Origin: an uncultured Chryseobacterium sp.
GTDB lineage: Bacteria; Bacteroidota; Bacteroidia; UBA10329
Direction: 5' to 3'
Length of the DNA stretch: 64,000 nucleotides
NCBI GenBank assembly: GCA_964500205.1
Contig: CAZCNS010000003.1
Coordinates: forward strand, 62,606-126,605
Below are positions 9,499 to 19,800 of the stretch, in pieces. Below the pieces are notes generated by a model that was not told where the DNA came from, did no database searches, and saw only the letters and a program-made list of their open reading frames with translations. Both the position numbers and the translations under genes were made by a program. How positions within the stretch are numbered: position 1 is the stretch's first letter; each line of letters begins with the position of its first letter.

Positions 9499-10707
9499 TC
9501 AGCGCCTGCCCTTTCCGGTCTCCAGCGTTTCCTCGAATTCCTGCAATTCTCTCAGCAGCTCTGCCTTCTCGTCCTCGGTGTAATACTGCGAGGTGATGAT
9601 GCCGCCCATGAACTTCTTAAGCCGCTGCTCAGGGTTCCGGCCCAGTCTGCGCTCGGCCTCTGCCATGTACAGGTGGCCCTCCAGGAAGGGGGGGTAGGCC
9701 GCCACCATGGTCTCCCACGCGGTGATGGCATCCTCATAGCGCGCATCGTTGAAATACTGCCAGCCTCTGCCGTTCAGTATCCCCAGACTGAAGGCGATCT
9801 CATCGCCATAATGCTTCTTGACCTCTGTGCTGAGCGAGTCCAGCATCGCCCTGCTTCCTGTGGTGTCGTTCATGTAGGCGTTCTGTATCTCGGACCACCG
9901 TTCCCAGACGCTGTAAAGCGCATGCACGGTATGAATGCCGGGCACCACGTTGTGGTCGGCCTGCTTCATCCACGAGCCCGAAGCAATGAATCCTTCGCTT
10001 TCACCCATGGTCGTCAATGTGCTGTCCATCAGGTGATAATCCTCTGGGAAATCATTGCCGATGGCGTAGCTGTAATAAGTCGTCCGGTCTTTCGGTAGCC
10101 GTGCGGGAACGGTGGTCATGGAGTCTGCGAGGTTCACGTTCTTGGAGGTGAAAAACGGACTGAGTGACACCACCGCGCTGAACAGGTCGGGGTGCTTGCA
10201 GAGCATGTAGGTGGTGAAATAGCCGTAGCGCGAGTGCCCGATCAACGTCACATGCCTGCCTGCTTTCAGTTGTGTGCGGGCCCAAGGCAGCAGTTCATCG
10301 GTGATGAAGAGCGCATTCTCCTCAGCACGTCCGTTGGGGTCTGCTATGCGCATCTGCGTCTCCTTGTACCTTTCTTCCATGGTCGATTCCACCCCGATGA
10401 TGATCGAGGCCGGCATCTGCTCGTTGGCCGTCAGGTAGTCTATGCTCTGATGGATGAACCCATGACTGCGCTCATTCTGGCGGTCGAAAACGATGATGAG
10501 CGGATAAGTGGCTGCGGAGGAGGGCTCAAACTCCTGCGGAACTGTCACTGTGATGCCGCGGTAGGTGTTCAGATACTTGGAGTACCAATCATCGTTTGCT
10601 ATCAGCGTGCGGTAACGTTCAAACTGCTGCGCATGAACAGGGAAGAAGGTCGCTGCAAGAACGAGACTTACGAGTGCATGTTTCATTTGAAGAGGTAAGC
10701 GGATCAT
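9499..10707 (-). CDS. Secreted alpha/beta-hydrolase (putative esterase family) with a C-terminal TPR-like segment (probable start MKHALVS… about 10686)
   Basis: Signal peptide, …IIVFDRQNERSHGF… and …VTLIGHSRYGYFT… consistent with the esterase fold, and a TPR-like C-terminus (YEDAITAWETMVAAYP…). Confidence 0.65.
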   Translation of the reverse strand: MIRLPLQMKHALVSLVLAATFFPVHAQQFERYRTLIANDDWYSKYLNTYRGITVTVPQEFEPSSAATYPLIIVFDRQNERSHGFIHQSIDYLTANEQMPASIIIGVESTMEERYKETQMRIADPNGRAEENALFITDELLPWARTQLKAGRHVTLIGHSRYGYFTTYMLCKHPDLFSAVVSLSPFFTSKNVNLADSMTTVPARLPKDRTTYYSYAIGNDFPEDYHLMDSTLTTMGESEGFIASGSWMKQADHNVVPGIHTVHALYSVWERWSEIQNAYMNDTTGSRAMLDSLSTEVKKHYGDEIAFSLGILNGRGWQYFNDARYEDAITAWETMVAAYPPFLEGHLYMAEAERRLGRNPEQRLKKFMGGIITSQYYTEDEKAELLRELQEFEETLETGKGRR

Positions 10708-10721
10708 AGGTTAACGCGGAA

Positions 10722-11873
10722 CTACAATTCACCGTCCCATTCCCGTATGGCCGCAGCCAGGATATCGGCAGTGCGTTCCAAGGTCACAGGGTCGAGGCAT
10801 TCGATGGTGTCGAGCCGGGTGTGGTAGGTGGGGTGCAGCCTGTTCATCGGCAGTCCCACAATGGATGTGGCTGAGATGCCATTGCGCGAGAAATTGCTTG
10901 CGTCCGTGGCTCCCACGGGTATGGAGGCCGATTTTGTCGGCATGCCGTGCGCTTCGAAGACCCTGGCAAGTCGGGCGTTCAGTTCCTTGTCGTGCCTTGC
11001 CGGGATGCTGGGCTCGGATGTGACGAGGTGCATGTTGTCCTTGTCCAAGATGCCATCGAGATTGATCACATGGTGCGGAGTGGCCTTAAGAAATCCTTTG
11101 TGGATGAGGTGGAAAGCGTACGAGCCCCGAAGCCCGGTCTCCTCAGACCCGAAAGACACGACCTGGATCCTCGTGTGTTGAAGCCTCTCGGCCGATAACT
11201 GCTTCCCTACCGCGCAGGCCACTGCAACACCGGAGAGGTTGTCCTGCGCGCCATCCACCACTTTTTTCCCGTGAATGAAGAAGAACAGCAGCGAAAAAGG
11301 GGACAGACCGACAAACACCCACCAGACAGGGCTTTCCCAAACCTGGACATCAAGGGCCAGAGAGACCCCGAGATAGAGTGGCAACAGCACGAACGACAGA
11401 CCTGCCACCACCATCAGCCTGATGCCCCAGTCCTTGAGCCAATACCACCAGATGAACTCAGGCGTGCTGTCCATGTGACCGGAGACGATGACCGTACTTC
11501 TCATTTCTCCCATGGGCTCGATCGTGCCGATCACATTGCGCGACTCCATGGACGGATACGCGAAGTCCAGCCAGTTGCGATACATCACGAAGTGACCCAG
11601 GAAGATGAACGCATTGATCCCTGACAGAATGAAAGCCCCGTGAAGACTGAAGGACGGCATGAGCAGCGCCACCCAGAAAAGCACACAGAAAACCCGAAGC
11701 GAACAGAACTTGGCGCCAAGGGGCGACCTGAAAGGCTCCACACTCACCCGGTCGCAATAACCGGACATCAGCTCTGACAGATACAGCTGCGCCTTGGTCT
11801 CCGATTCGCTTCCGGCCTTGCGCGGCCCGAACCTTTCAATGATATCAGCAACAAGTGAATAAGCGTCTGTCAT
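10722..11873 (-). CDS. M28-family metallopeptidase with an internal multi-TM insertion (longest ORF extends to 12068; start at MTDAYSLV preferred)
   Basis: N-terminal …AYSLVADIIERFGPRKAGSESETKAQLYL… and metal-ligand motifs VSGHMDS … FGSEETGLRGS typical of M28 aminopeptidases. A hydrophobic block of about 150 aa sits between them. Confidence 0.7.
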   Translation of the reverse strand: MTDAYSLVADIIERFGPRKAGSESETKAQLYLSELMSGYCDRVSVEPFRSPLGAKFCSLRVFCVLFWVALLMPSFSLHGAFILSGINAFIFLGHFVMYRNWLDFAYPSMESRNVIGTIEPMGEMRSTVIVSGHMDSTPEFIWWYWLKDWGIRLMVVAGLSFVLLPLYLGVSLALDVQVWESPVWWVFVGLSPFSLLFFFIHGKKVVDGAQDNLSGVAVACAVGKQLSAERLQHTRIQVVSFGSEETGLRGSYAFHLIHKGFLKATPHHVINLDGILDKDNMHLVTSEPSIPARHDKELNARLARVFEAHGMPTKSASIPVGATDASNFSRNGISATSIVGLPMNRLHPTYHTRLDTIECLDPVTLERTADILAAAIREWDGEL

Positions 11874-12100
11874 GGATGCCCTGTGAATGAGCTGCGAAGT
11901 AATGCATTGATTCACGGTTCTGCGGATTAGAATGGCGTTTGATGGGAATTGTATGCAAAGCGCGTGACCGCCCAGGGCTGTTAAATTCTCTTCACACAGA
12001 GATTCAGAGAGGATGACACGAAGTATGGCCGAGTTGCCACTGTTGCGTGGGTTGGCCCACGGTTTCAACCGTGGGATAGATGGACAGCGGAATGATGAGG

Positions 12101-12123
12101 AAACCGTTTTAACGGTTTTTATG
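12101..12123 (+). terminator. Terminator-like hairpin plus T-run in the divergent intergenic region (AAACCGTT-tt-AACGGTTT followed by TTTT)
   Basis: 8-bp inverted arms with a 2-nt spacer, immediately followed by a run of T on the plus strand, 150 nt upstream of the lipase start at 12273. Confidence 0.25.
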
Positions 12124-12272
12124 TCCCGCGCCTAAATCGTTGTTATTCTTTACGATACGAGTGAATCGGAAAGCGGTGTGGGCATTGTGAATTCCGCATT
12201 GAACAGCCCTGCGCGATCCCCTCGATGAAGTGATTTAATTCGTTTCTTTCGGCATTCATAAGATGAACGTCC

Positions 12273-13574
12273 ATGAGAAAATTAGCAATTCTTCAAGTTT
12301 TGTTTGCCGTCATCCTCGGATCCTGCTCCAAGGATGAGGTGAACGACCTCGTGCCCACAGGGTCGTGCGACTCCACCGCACTGCCCGTGGTGATGTGCCA
12401 CGGCTTTCTTGCCTCGGGCGACACCTACGCCCCGCAGGCCAAGCGGTTTGCAGCCAACGGCTACTGCGGTGGCAGTGTCCACGTTTTCGATTGGAACTCG
12501 CTGGGTGGCGGTTCCTCGGCCGATGCGCTCGATGCGTTCATTGACAATGTGCTCGCCACCACCGGGGCCGCGCAGGTCAATCTGGCGGGGCACAGCGCAG
12601 GCGGTGGTCTGGGCTACACTTACCTGTCCGATGCGGGCCGTGCCGCCAAGGTGGCACACTACGTCCACATAGGAAGCAATCCGCAGGAGAGTGCCGCAGG
12701 CCCGGAGGGCGCCAAAGTTCCCACGCTCAACATCTGGTCGCCTTTCGATGCCGTGGTGGCAGGGGGCGATATTCCCGGTGCGGAGAACCTGGTCCTCCAA
12801 GGCAAGGACCACTACGAGGTGGCCACCTCTGCCGAGACCTTCGAGGCGATGTTCAGGTTCTTCAATGGGAGGGAGGCAGCCTCATCGGCCATTGTATCCG
12901 ACAACACACGCAGCGTGGCAGGCCGCGTGCTCACGCTTGGCGAGAATGTGGCACTGCAAGCTGCAACGGTGCGCGTTTTCGTGGTGGACGGGGCCACAGG
13001 TTTCAGAACAGACGACAGCCCCCGCCACACCTTCACCACGGACAGCCAGGGCAACTGGGGAAGTTTCAATGCCGAGCAAGGCGCACATTACGAGTTTGAG
13101 GTGACCCCGGCCGAGGCCAATGGCCGCAAGCTGCACTACTACCGCGAGCCGTTCGTCACCAGCGACCATCTGGTCTATCTGCGTGCCATGCCACCTCCCG
13201 CATCTGTGGCCGGGCTGCTGCTGGCAAGTCTTCCGAGGAATGACGAGCAAACGGTGGTCATCGCGTTCGCATCCAGTCAAGCGGTCATTTCGGGCCGCGA
13301 TCAACTGGTGGTCAACGGCCTTGAACTGAGCACCGAGGAGTTCGCATCCGAGGACGACAGCGCCATTGCCTTCTTCCTGTACGACAACGACAACGGGCAG
13401 ACCGATGGCACCCCTGTGGGGCTGTTCGGCAACTTCCCCTTCCTGAGCGGGGTGGACATGTTCTTCCCGACCATCGAGCCGGAGAGCATCTCCCTCACAA
13501 TGAACGGCCGCACGCTCAAGGTGCGCAACTGGCCCTCAGAGACCGAGGGCATCACGGTGGCGGTGTTTGACTGA
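12273..13574 (+). CDS. Secreted lipoprotein alpha/beta-hydrolase (lipase/esterase, GHSAGG nucleophile elbow) with a C-terminal beta-rich domain
   Basis: Lipoprotein signal MRKLAILQVLFAVILGSCS, …VVMCHGFLASGDTY…, and the GxSxG motif in …NLAGHSAGGGLG…. Confidence 0.8.
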   Translation: MRKLAILQVLFAVILGSCSKDEVNDLVPTGSCDSTALPVVMCHGFLASGDTYAPQAKRFAANGYCGGSVHVFDWNSLGGGSSADALDAFIDNVLATTGAAQVNLAGHSAGGGLGYTYLSDAGRAAKVAHYVHIGSNPQESAAGPEGAKVPTLNIWSPFDAVVAGGDIPGAENLVLQGKDHYEVATSAETFEAMFRFFNGREAASSAIVSDNTRSVAGRVLTLGENVALQAATVRVFVVDGATGFRTDDSPRHTFTTDSQGNWGSFNAEQGAHYEFEVTPAEANGRKLHYYREPFVTSDHLVYLRAMPPPASVAGLLLASLPRNDEQTVVIAFASSQAVISGRDQLVVNGLELSTEEFASEDDSAIAFFLYDNDNGQTDGTPVGLFGNFPFLSGVDMFFPTIEPESISLTMNGRTLKVRNWPSETEGITVAVFD

Positions 13575-13688
13575 GCGGAAGGGCTTTTGCCTACCTGTTG
13601 CAGGGGCGGGAAATCAATTGCAGTGCTGCGGGAGTGTTACAGCATTGGGTGTTGGTGGACGTCCTGTGCTTTGGTCTTGGTCGGCAAT

Positions 13689-13868
13689 CAGTCTCTCTTG
13701 TCCATGAAATGAACGGCCAGCCCAACGATCACGCCAATTGTCATGGATTTCCAAAGGACAGCGCACATTTTGTGCATTGAGAATCCATGATAGAAAAAGG
13801 TCTCTGCTGCCATCAGCACGAGAGCTACCAGAAATGTGATCAGACCTATTTTCAAGTTGCGCTGCATT
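13689..13868 (-). CDS. Small hydrophobic protein (59 aa, hypothetical)
   Basis: ATG…TGA ORF MQRNLKIGLITFLVALVLMAAETFFYHGFSMHKMCAVLWKSMTIGVIVGLAVHFMDKRD at the start of the AT-rich island. It shares the upstream motif ACCGTTGG(C/T)AATAAT with the next gene. It is below the ORF-track length cutoff. Confidence 0.3.
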
Positions 13869-14024
13869 CTTTAAATTTAATTATTACCAACGGTTTGCAT
13901 ATGGCTTGTGGCGGTTTCGAAGCACTTTCTTGTCCACCGAAACCAAACTTGGCTACGGAGCAGAAACCTGGCTGGCAGCCGTTCACCCGCCACAAGCTAT
14001 ATGTGTTGTTGGCAATAGTGTTTT

Positions 14025-14420
14025 TTACAATACCTGCACTAGTTGAATATTATTTCCGCAGGTGTCATTGAGAATGGCATATTTTACATTACCCATTTCT
14101 GTCGGTTTAACGCTGAATTCGACACCAAGCTTAGTCAATCGTTCATATTCGCCATCTACGTTTTCTACATCAAATTGCGTCCAAGGAATTCCTGCCTCTT
14201 TCAATGCGTCTTGATATACTTTTGAAGGCTCAAAATGATTAGGTGCTGGTTCCAACAATAGTTCAGGTCCATCTTGCCAATCTTTTGAAACTAAGGTCAA
14301 CCACCTATTTCCACCTCCTAAAGGCTCGTCCTTCTTTTTAATAAAGCCTAATTTCTCTGTATAAAATTTAAAGGCTTGTTCTTGGTCTCGGACTGTAATA
14401 CTTATCAGTGTTACTTTCAT
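14025..14420 (-). CDS. VOC-family (glyoxalase/bleomycin-resistance fold) protein
   Basis: MKVTLISITVRDQEQAFKFYTEKLGF… and …GVEFSVKPTEMGNVKYAILNDTCGNNIQL are typical of VOC paired beta-alpha-beta-beta-beta modules. AT-rich codon usage is foreign to the flanks. Confidence 0.8.
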   Translation of the reverse strand: MKVTLISITVRDQEQAFKFYTEKLGFIKKKDEPLGGGNRWLTLVSKDWQDGPELLLEPAPNHFEPSKVYQDALKEAGIPWTQFDVENVDGEYERLTKLGVEFSVKPTEMGNVKYAILNDTCGNNIQLVQVL

Positions 14421-14591
14421 TATGTGTCTTTTTACATTATTGCCAACGGTGCGCCTAAAAGTATTGCGTTTTGAAACTACTGAGTTTTCGAGATACGGTA
14501 ACGCAGCAGAACGAAACTGAGACTGACTGACGTACCGTCCCGCGCAATAATTTTAGGCATTGTTGTGTGTAGTTGTTTCATTTCAATCCGG

Positions 14592-15317
14592 TCACTTGAA
14601 AAAGCGCATAAACTTTTTTTGCTCCAGAATATCGAACTGGTCCTTCATTGCACTGTAACTTGTCATTAGACGCCTACAGTCATCTCTGATTGCCTCCGCA
14701 GTTTGCGCAAACGTGGGTAACGTTTTTGGTGTCGTGTATAAATCTGGGTTGCTGGAAGAAGGAGAAACGCGTAAGGCCATTTCACTGTTGAAATTACTTA
14801 GTTCATTACCTAGCTTTTTGACTAGTTCATTCGTTTTCGTGTCATTGAATTTGAACTCTGCACTCAATACGGTATAGAAAAACTCTTCGATTTGATCTAT
14901 CTCGTAGCTGAAGATTGAAATGTTGTTCGATATTCTATTCATTTGATACATGAAAGTATCGTGGTTAGACAGTTTGTAGATTTCATTAATCCGCTTCAAA
15001 TCGCTCAGGTAAAGGTTTCCGTAGTGGTTAAAAATTTTGGCGCCAAGTGGAATAATGGCACCTATCACAATCATGAATACCCCTAGAAACGTCAGAATAT
15101 TATTCTCTAGTTCAATAGTCTCAGCCAACTCAGGTCTAATTAGAATTGCGATGTATGGAAAGACATTACTAAAACCGAGAATTGAAATGCCACCCCCTAT
15201 GAAACCTAAACTGATTCTGGAGATTACTCGTCCTTTTAAGTAGGCTTGAAATAGGTCCAGTCCTTTGCTAATTAGGTCACGTGTTTCTTTGTCCATTAGT
15301 ATTTCTGTTAAATGCAA
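14592..15317 (-). CDS. Hypothetical membrane protein (two N-proximal TM helices plus a roughly 140-aa cytoplasmic domain)
   Basis: Hydrophobic helices ISRISLGFIGGGISILGFSNVFPYIAILI and ILTFLGVFMIVIGAIIPLGAKIF. No recognisable catalytic motif. AT-rich. Confidence 0.6.
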   Translation of the reverse strand: MHLTEILMDKETRDLISKGLDLFQAYLKGRVISRISLGFIGGGISILGFSNVFPYIAILIRPELAETIELENNILTFLGVFMIVIGAIIPLGAKIFNHYGNLYLSDLKRINEIYKLSNHDTFMYQMNRISNNISIFSYEIDQIEEFFYTVLSAEFKFNDTKTNELVKKLGNELSNFNSEMALRVSPSSSNPDLYTTPKTLPTFAQTAEAIRDDCRRLMTSYSAMKDQFDILEQKKFMRFFK

Positions 15318-15407
15318 GTTTTATAAATAAGTCATATATGAAAGGTGCCGCTTTTATCATGGTTGTTGCGTGTACTTGGTTTGATTTCAAAAATCAAAGT
15401 ACAGGAA

Positions 15408-16262
15408 TCAATGCTGCCTTTTTTCGATTTCCATTATTTGATTTTCGAAACCACGCAGGTCAGCATGTTGCCAATTCATCAATTCAATCTGTAAGGAGTC
15501 AAATTTTAGCAACGGCCGTTGTCCAAGGACTAAAAACTTATCGGGTTTTCCATTTTCGTCATGTATCTGAATTAAGCATTCTTCAATATTTTTCTTCTCA
15601 AATTTTCGCACCAAAACTGAATACTTTGTAATGCCTTCATGATTGATATAAGGTACTGTGATTTCCACTATTGACTTGAAAATTCTTCTCGTCCCTGAGA
15701 CCGAACCACGTGCGAAATGGAAGCCTTTTGGCTTCTTCCTGTTATTCTTGTCAGACTTAGGATATAATGTGTGAACAATCTTAGTGCCTTTGTATGTCAG
15801 TAGTTTATATTTCGCTGTGCTACCGTCTTTGTGTTTATAGTGGGCGACAAACAACTCAAACTCTTCAGGACGATGGTTGTTCTCAATGTCTAAATTGTCT
15901 TCAGAATAAATGGCGTCTGCTATTCTTGCGTAATCCAGTATTGGGATTGAATCGGTTCTGAACCTACTTGGCTCTTGAAGTTTCTTTCTGGTATTTCCAG
16001 ATGCTTCATTTGAATCAATCCAATTGAAAGATTCTGACCAAAATTCATGTCGGGCATGAATATGTGTGAATCCGGTATGCTCGTTACCCTTTACGAAAAC
16101 CAGTTCCTTTACTGGCGAGATATTCCAAATTGTTTTATGTCCAGGACCAAAAAGATTAATGACATTTTGATTCTTTAATACTGGATTCAGACGAGCAAAC
16201 TCCTCAATTTCCTGAATTTCTGCCTTTGTAAGAAGGATTTCAGATGCAGCGGCCATTTCCAA
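15408..16262 (-). CDS. Hypothetical soluble protein with a His-cluster (HTGFTHIHARHEF), 284 aa
   Basis: Clean AT-rich ORF directly upstream of, and co-oriented with, the 2-TM gene. No family recognised. Confidence 0.6.
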   Translation of the reverse strand: MEMAAASEILLTKAEIQEIEEFARLNPVLKNQNVINLFGPGHKTIWNISPVKELVFVKGNEHTGFTHIHARHEFWSESFNWIDSNEASGNTRKKLQEPSRFRTDSIPILDYARIADAIYSEDNLDIENNHRPEEFELFVAHYKHKDGSTAKYKLLTYKGTKIVHTLYPKSDKNNRKKPKGFHFARGSVSGTRRIFKSIVEITVPYINHEGITKYSVLVRKFEKKNIEECLIQIHDENGKPDKFLVLGQRPLLKFDSLQIELMNWQHADLRGFENQIMEIEKRQH

Positions 16263-16616
16263 TTACACACAACGATTGGCTAAAGATACCTGGTTATCCT
16301 TAGCCGACTCTGTCGATTCAGGTTAAACGTTTGTAGTTGAGTTGATTGATGCTGAATGTCCGTTTTAGCGGACTGGTGATGTCAGGCGAATTCTTTGAGC
16401 TGGCAGGTGCGTAGATGGCGGTTGTTTTTAAGCTGGTAAGGTCGAAGAACTGTGGTACGTAGTGTGTCTGTTCTCCCTTGTCCGCGAAGTGGGGGGCAAA
16501 GCAATCTCCGAACCAATAAAGGTTGCTGTTGCTCTATCATCTCCGCATCCTATGGCTTTGTTCCTTTGGTCAGAGGCAAATCTATGACATAGAACATTAG
16601 GTTGGGCGAGGGGGGG

Positions 16617-16800
16617 GCTTGGTAATTAAAAATTAAGAATTAAAAATTAAGAATTGGGGGGGCGCAGTCGCGGGATTTTGCTTCGATTAGCGCAGTCGCG
16701 GGATTCAACGGGCGGGTAGATGGCTTCGGTGGTTCCTCCCTCGCAATGACGGGGCGGTCGTCCCTCCCTCGCAATGACGGGGCGGGGCCGCAATCCCTCG
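16617..16800. repeat. Second locus of the dispersed composite repeat (inverse orientation) plus a 26-bp tandem duplication
   Basis: (AAAAATTAAGAATT)x2, then CGCAGTCGCGGGATTTTGCTTCG…CGCAGTCGCGGGATT, which is the reverse complement of the locus-1 core. CCTCCCTCGCAATGACGGGGCGG occurs twice (16738-16790). Confidence 0.6.
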
Positions 16801-16839
16801 TTTCCCGTGTCATGCTCATGAAGTGGGCGAACTCAAGGC

Positions 16840-19800
16840 TCACTGGAATTTACCGATGACCACGGCTACGAGATTGCAGTACACGTAGTAGCCCGTGCCG
16901 GCTCCCACGTGCCAATAGCCCTGAAAGGTGACCGTGCCATCGGCAGTGGCCCTGAAGAGGCCGGTGCTGTGCCCCCCGCTCCAGTCGGTGCCATTGGAGG
17001 TAATCCAGTTTGATGGCAGCACCCAGGTTCCCGTTCCGCTGGAATTGAGTACGCGCATGTAGGTCGTGTTGACAATGGAGTTCGAGAGGTTGCACGCGCA
17101 GTCCACTTTCACCAGGTCCTCATTCTGCACTGTGATAGTGGTACTCAGGTCCGCACCCGTGAAGACCGAGGTGGTGGAAGTAGTGGAACCCACCACGCTC
17201 GACTCGTCCGCAGCGAAAGTGGCCACCCCTCTCACTTTGCCGTTCACATCAAGCTTTGCCGTGGGTGCGGTGATGCCGATGCCGACCCTGTCGTTGGTTG
17301 CATCCACTGACAAAGTGGAGCCGTCAACATTGAAGACGTCCACACCATTGCCTGTAAAGCTGAGCTTGTTGGTGGCAGAAAGCCCAGAAACGGTCGTGGC
17401 CTGAGTAAGCGCACCTCCCAGACGGACGGTGGCCGGGGCTGTTTCCGTCAGGCCGTTCTCTACCGTGATGATTCCTGTAGGGTCGCTCCATGTCGGTGCC
17501 CCCGCCCCGTTGCTGCGCAGCAACTGACCAGATGTGCCGGCTGCGGTAAAGGCGTAGGCCGACCCTGTGCCGTAAGCCAGCCCCCCGTTTGTAGGGGCTG
17601 CGTTTGAGTTTGTTCCCCCGTTGGCGATGGGCAGTATTCCTGTTACCTCTGCCGAGGCCAGACCAATGGCTCCAGCGGTGAACCCGGAGCCGTTGCCCTT
17701 GACCGGGCCGTTGAGCGTGGTGGTCACGGCAATGGTGCCACTTCCTGTCACCGGAGAGCTTCCGACCGAGAGGCCCGATGGCATTGTGAGGCCCACGGAG
17801 GTCACCGTGCCTACGTTAGCGGTGTTGATGTTCGATGCGGTCACCACTCCGGCTGGGCTTATGGTGAGTAGGCGGTCCTGACCAGAGCCGTTCAATGTGG
17901 GAAGGGTAAAGACGCCTGCTTGCGAAATGCGCATTCGTTCTATAAACGAGTTGCTTACCGACCCGGTCTGCAATATGATGTCTCCACCGCTGTTTGCAGC
18001 ACTGAGCTGATTGGTTCCGGAGCGCAGCAGCAGGTCTCCACCTGTCGCAGTGCCAGTGAGGTTGTAGCCGGCTCCGGCCTCCAACACCAGGTCGCCTCCG
18101 GAGCGCGCGCCACTGTCAGAGGAGGCATCGCCTGCCTTGACCGACAATGCGGAGCCGTCTGAGCTGCCCACGGCTTTCTGCAGGGTGATGTTCTTTGCAC
18201 CACCGCGCGAGAGCAGTACGTTGCCGCTCACATGAAGCCGTTCCAGAGGCGCAGACTCGCCAATGCCTACATTGGCCCCATTGCCCAGCACAACGCTGTT
18301 GCTTGCGCCCACCACAGCATTGGAACCTATGGCCGTTGCGTTGGTGAGGTTGTTCACTGAGGCATCGGCATTGATGCCCAGAAAAGTGTTTTGCGACCCG
18401 GTAGTGTTGAAATCGCCCGCGGCATCGCCCATGGCGATGTTGCCACTGCCTGTGGTGTTGTTGTACAGGGCCAGATAGCCCAAGGCCACATTGCTGTTGC
18501 CCGTGGTGTTGAATAGCATGGCATCCTTGCCTATGGCGGTGTTCCGGATGCCTTGTGTATTGTCGCGCAAGGCATCCTTGCCCATAGCAGTGTTGTCGAG
18601 TCCGGTGGTATTGCTATACATGGCACCAGACCCAAGCGCACTGTTGAAGTTGCCCGTGGTATTGTTGCGCAAGGCATCCCGGCCCATGGCGGTATTGTTG
18701 GATCCTGTGGTGTTGCTGACCAACGCCAGAACGCCTATGGCCGCATTGTTGAAGCCTGATGTGTTCACACGGAGTGCATCCTTTCCAATGGCGGTGTTCT
18801 GCCCGCCTGTGGTGTTGGTGCGCAGTGCGTCTCTGCCCACGGCCGTGTTGTCATTCCCGGTCGTATTGCTCACCAATGCCTGAAAGCCCAAGGCCGCGTT
18901 ACTGCTACCTGTGGTGTTGGACAGCATGGCATCCTTACCGATGGCGGTGTTCTGCCCGCCCGTGGTATTGTCGCGCAGTGCGTCCCTGCCCGCTGCCGTG
19001 TTGTCGCTTCCTGTTGTATTGCTTTGCAAGGCCCGCGATCCGAGTGCACTGTTGAATATGCCTGTGGTATTACTGCTCATGGCATTCCTACCCACGGCCG
19101 TATTGTCATTCCCGGTGGTGTTGTTGAGCAACGCCTGAAAGCCGTTGGCCACATTGCTCACACCTGTGGTGTTCGACAGGAGAGCATCCTTGCCGATGGC
19201 GGTGTTTTGAATGCCTGTGGTGTTGGCACGCAGTGCGTCCTTGCCCACGGCCGTGTTGTCGTTCCCGGTGGTATTGCTGCGCATGGCTTCCCGTCCCATG
19301 GCGGTGTTGTTGGCCCCGGTGGTGTTGGAAAGAAGGGTATTGTAGCCCACACCGGTGCTTGAGTTGGAGGTGTTCACGTTCCCCGCCTGATAGCCGAGAA
19401 AAACCTCGCCCGTGCTGGCCACCCTTCCTGCCTTCTGGTTGTTCACGCGGATGTTGAAGGGTATATTGTCTGTGGTACCTATGAAATGTGTGCCGTCCAC
19501 TGTGCTCGCATTTCCACTGAGCGACCAAGCTTCAGCAGTGACCACTGCAGTGGGGTCTGTCCATGTCATCCTTCCGTTGGCGTCAGAGACGGGGACGAAA
19601 CCAGTGGCCTGATTGCCGTCCACCATGCGGATGTTGCCTACCACATGCAGCCTGTCGCTGGGTGCCGAGATGCCGATGCCCACATTGCCGTTCTCATTAA
19701 TGGTCAATGCAGTGTTGGTGATCCCTGTCGCATAGTCATTGGACGTGCCGAGCATCAGCTTTGACCCGAAGCCATTGCTCTGTGCAGCGATCCGAGCGAT

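Noticed and set aside
699-10098. Long plus-strand ORFs in the track (e.g. 2844-4064, 5874-6962, 6788-7648, 8317-10098) antisense to the pump, TolC, TetR, helicase and esterase genes
   Set aside because: They are stop-codon-poor antisense frames expected in GC-rich DNA. The opposite strand carries proteins with unmistakable family motifs, and the antisense translations are low-complexity and Arg/His/Gly-rich.
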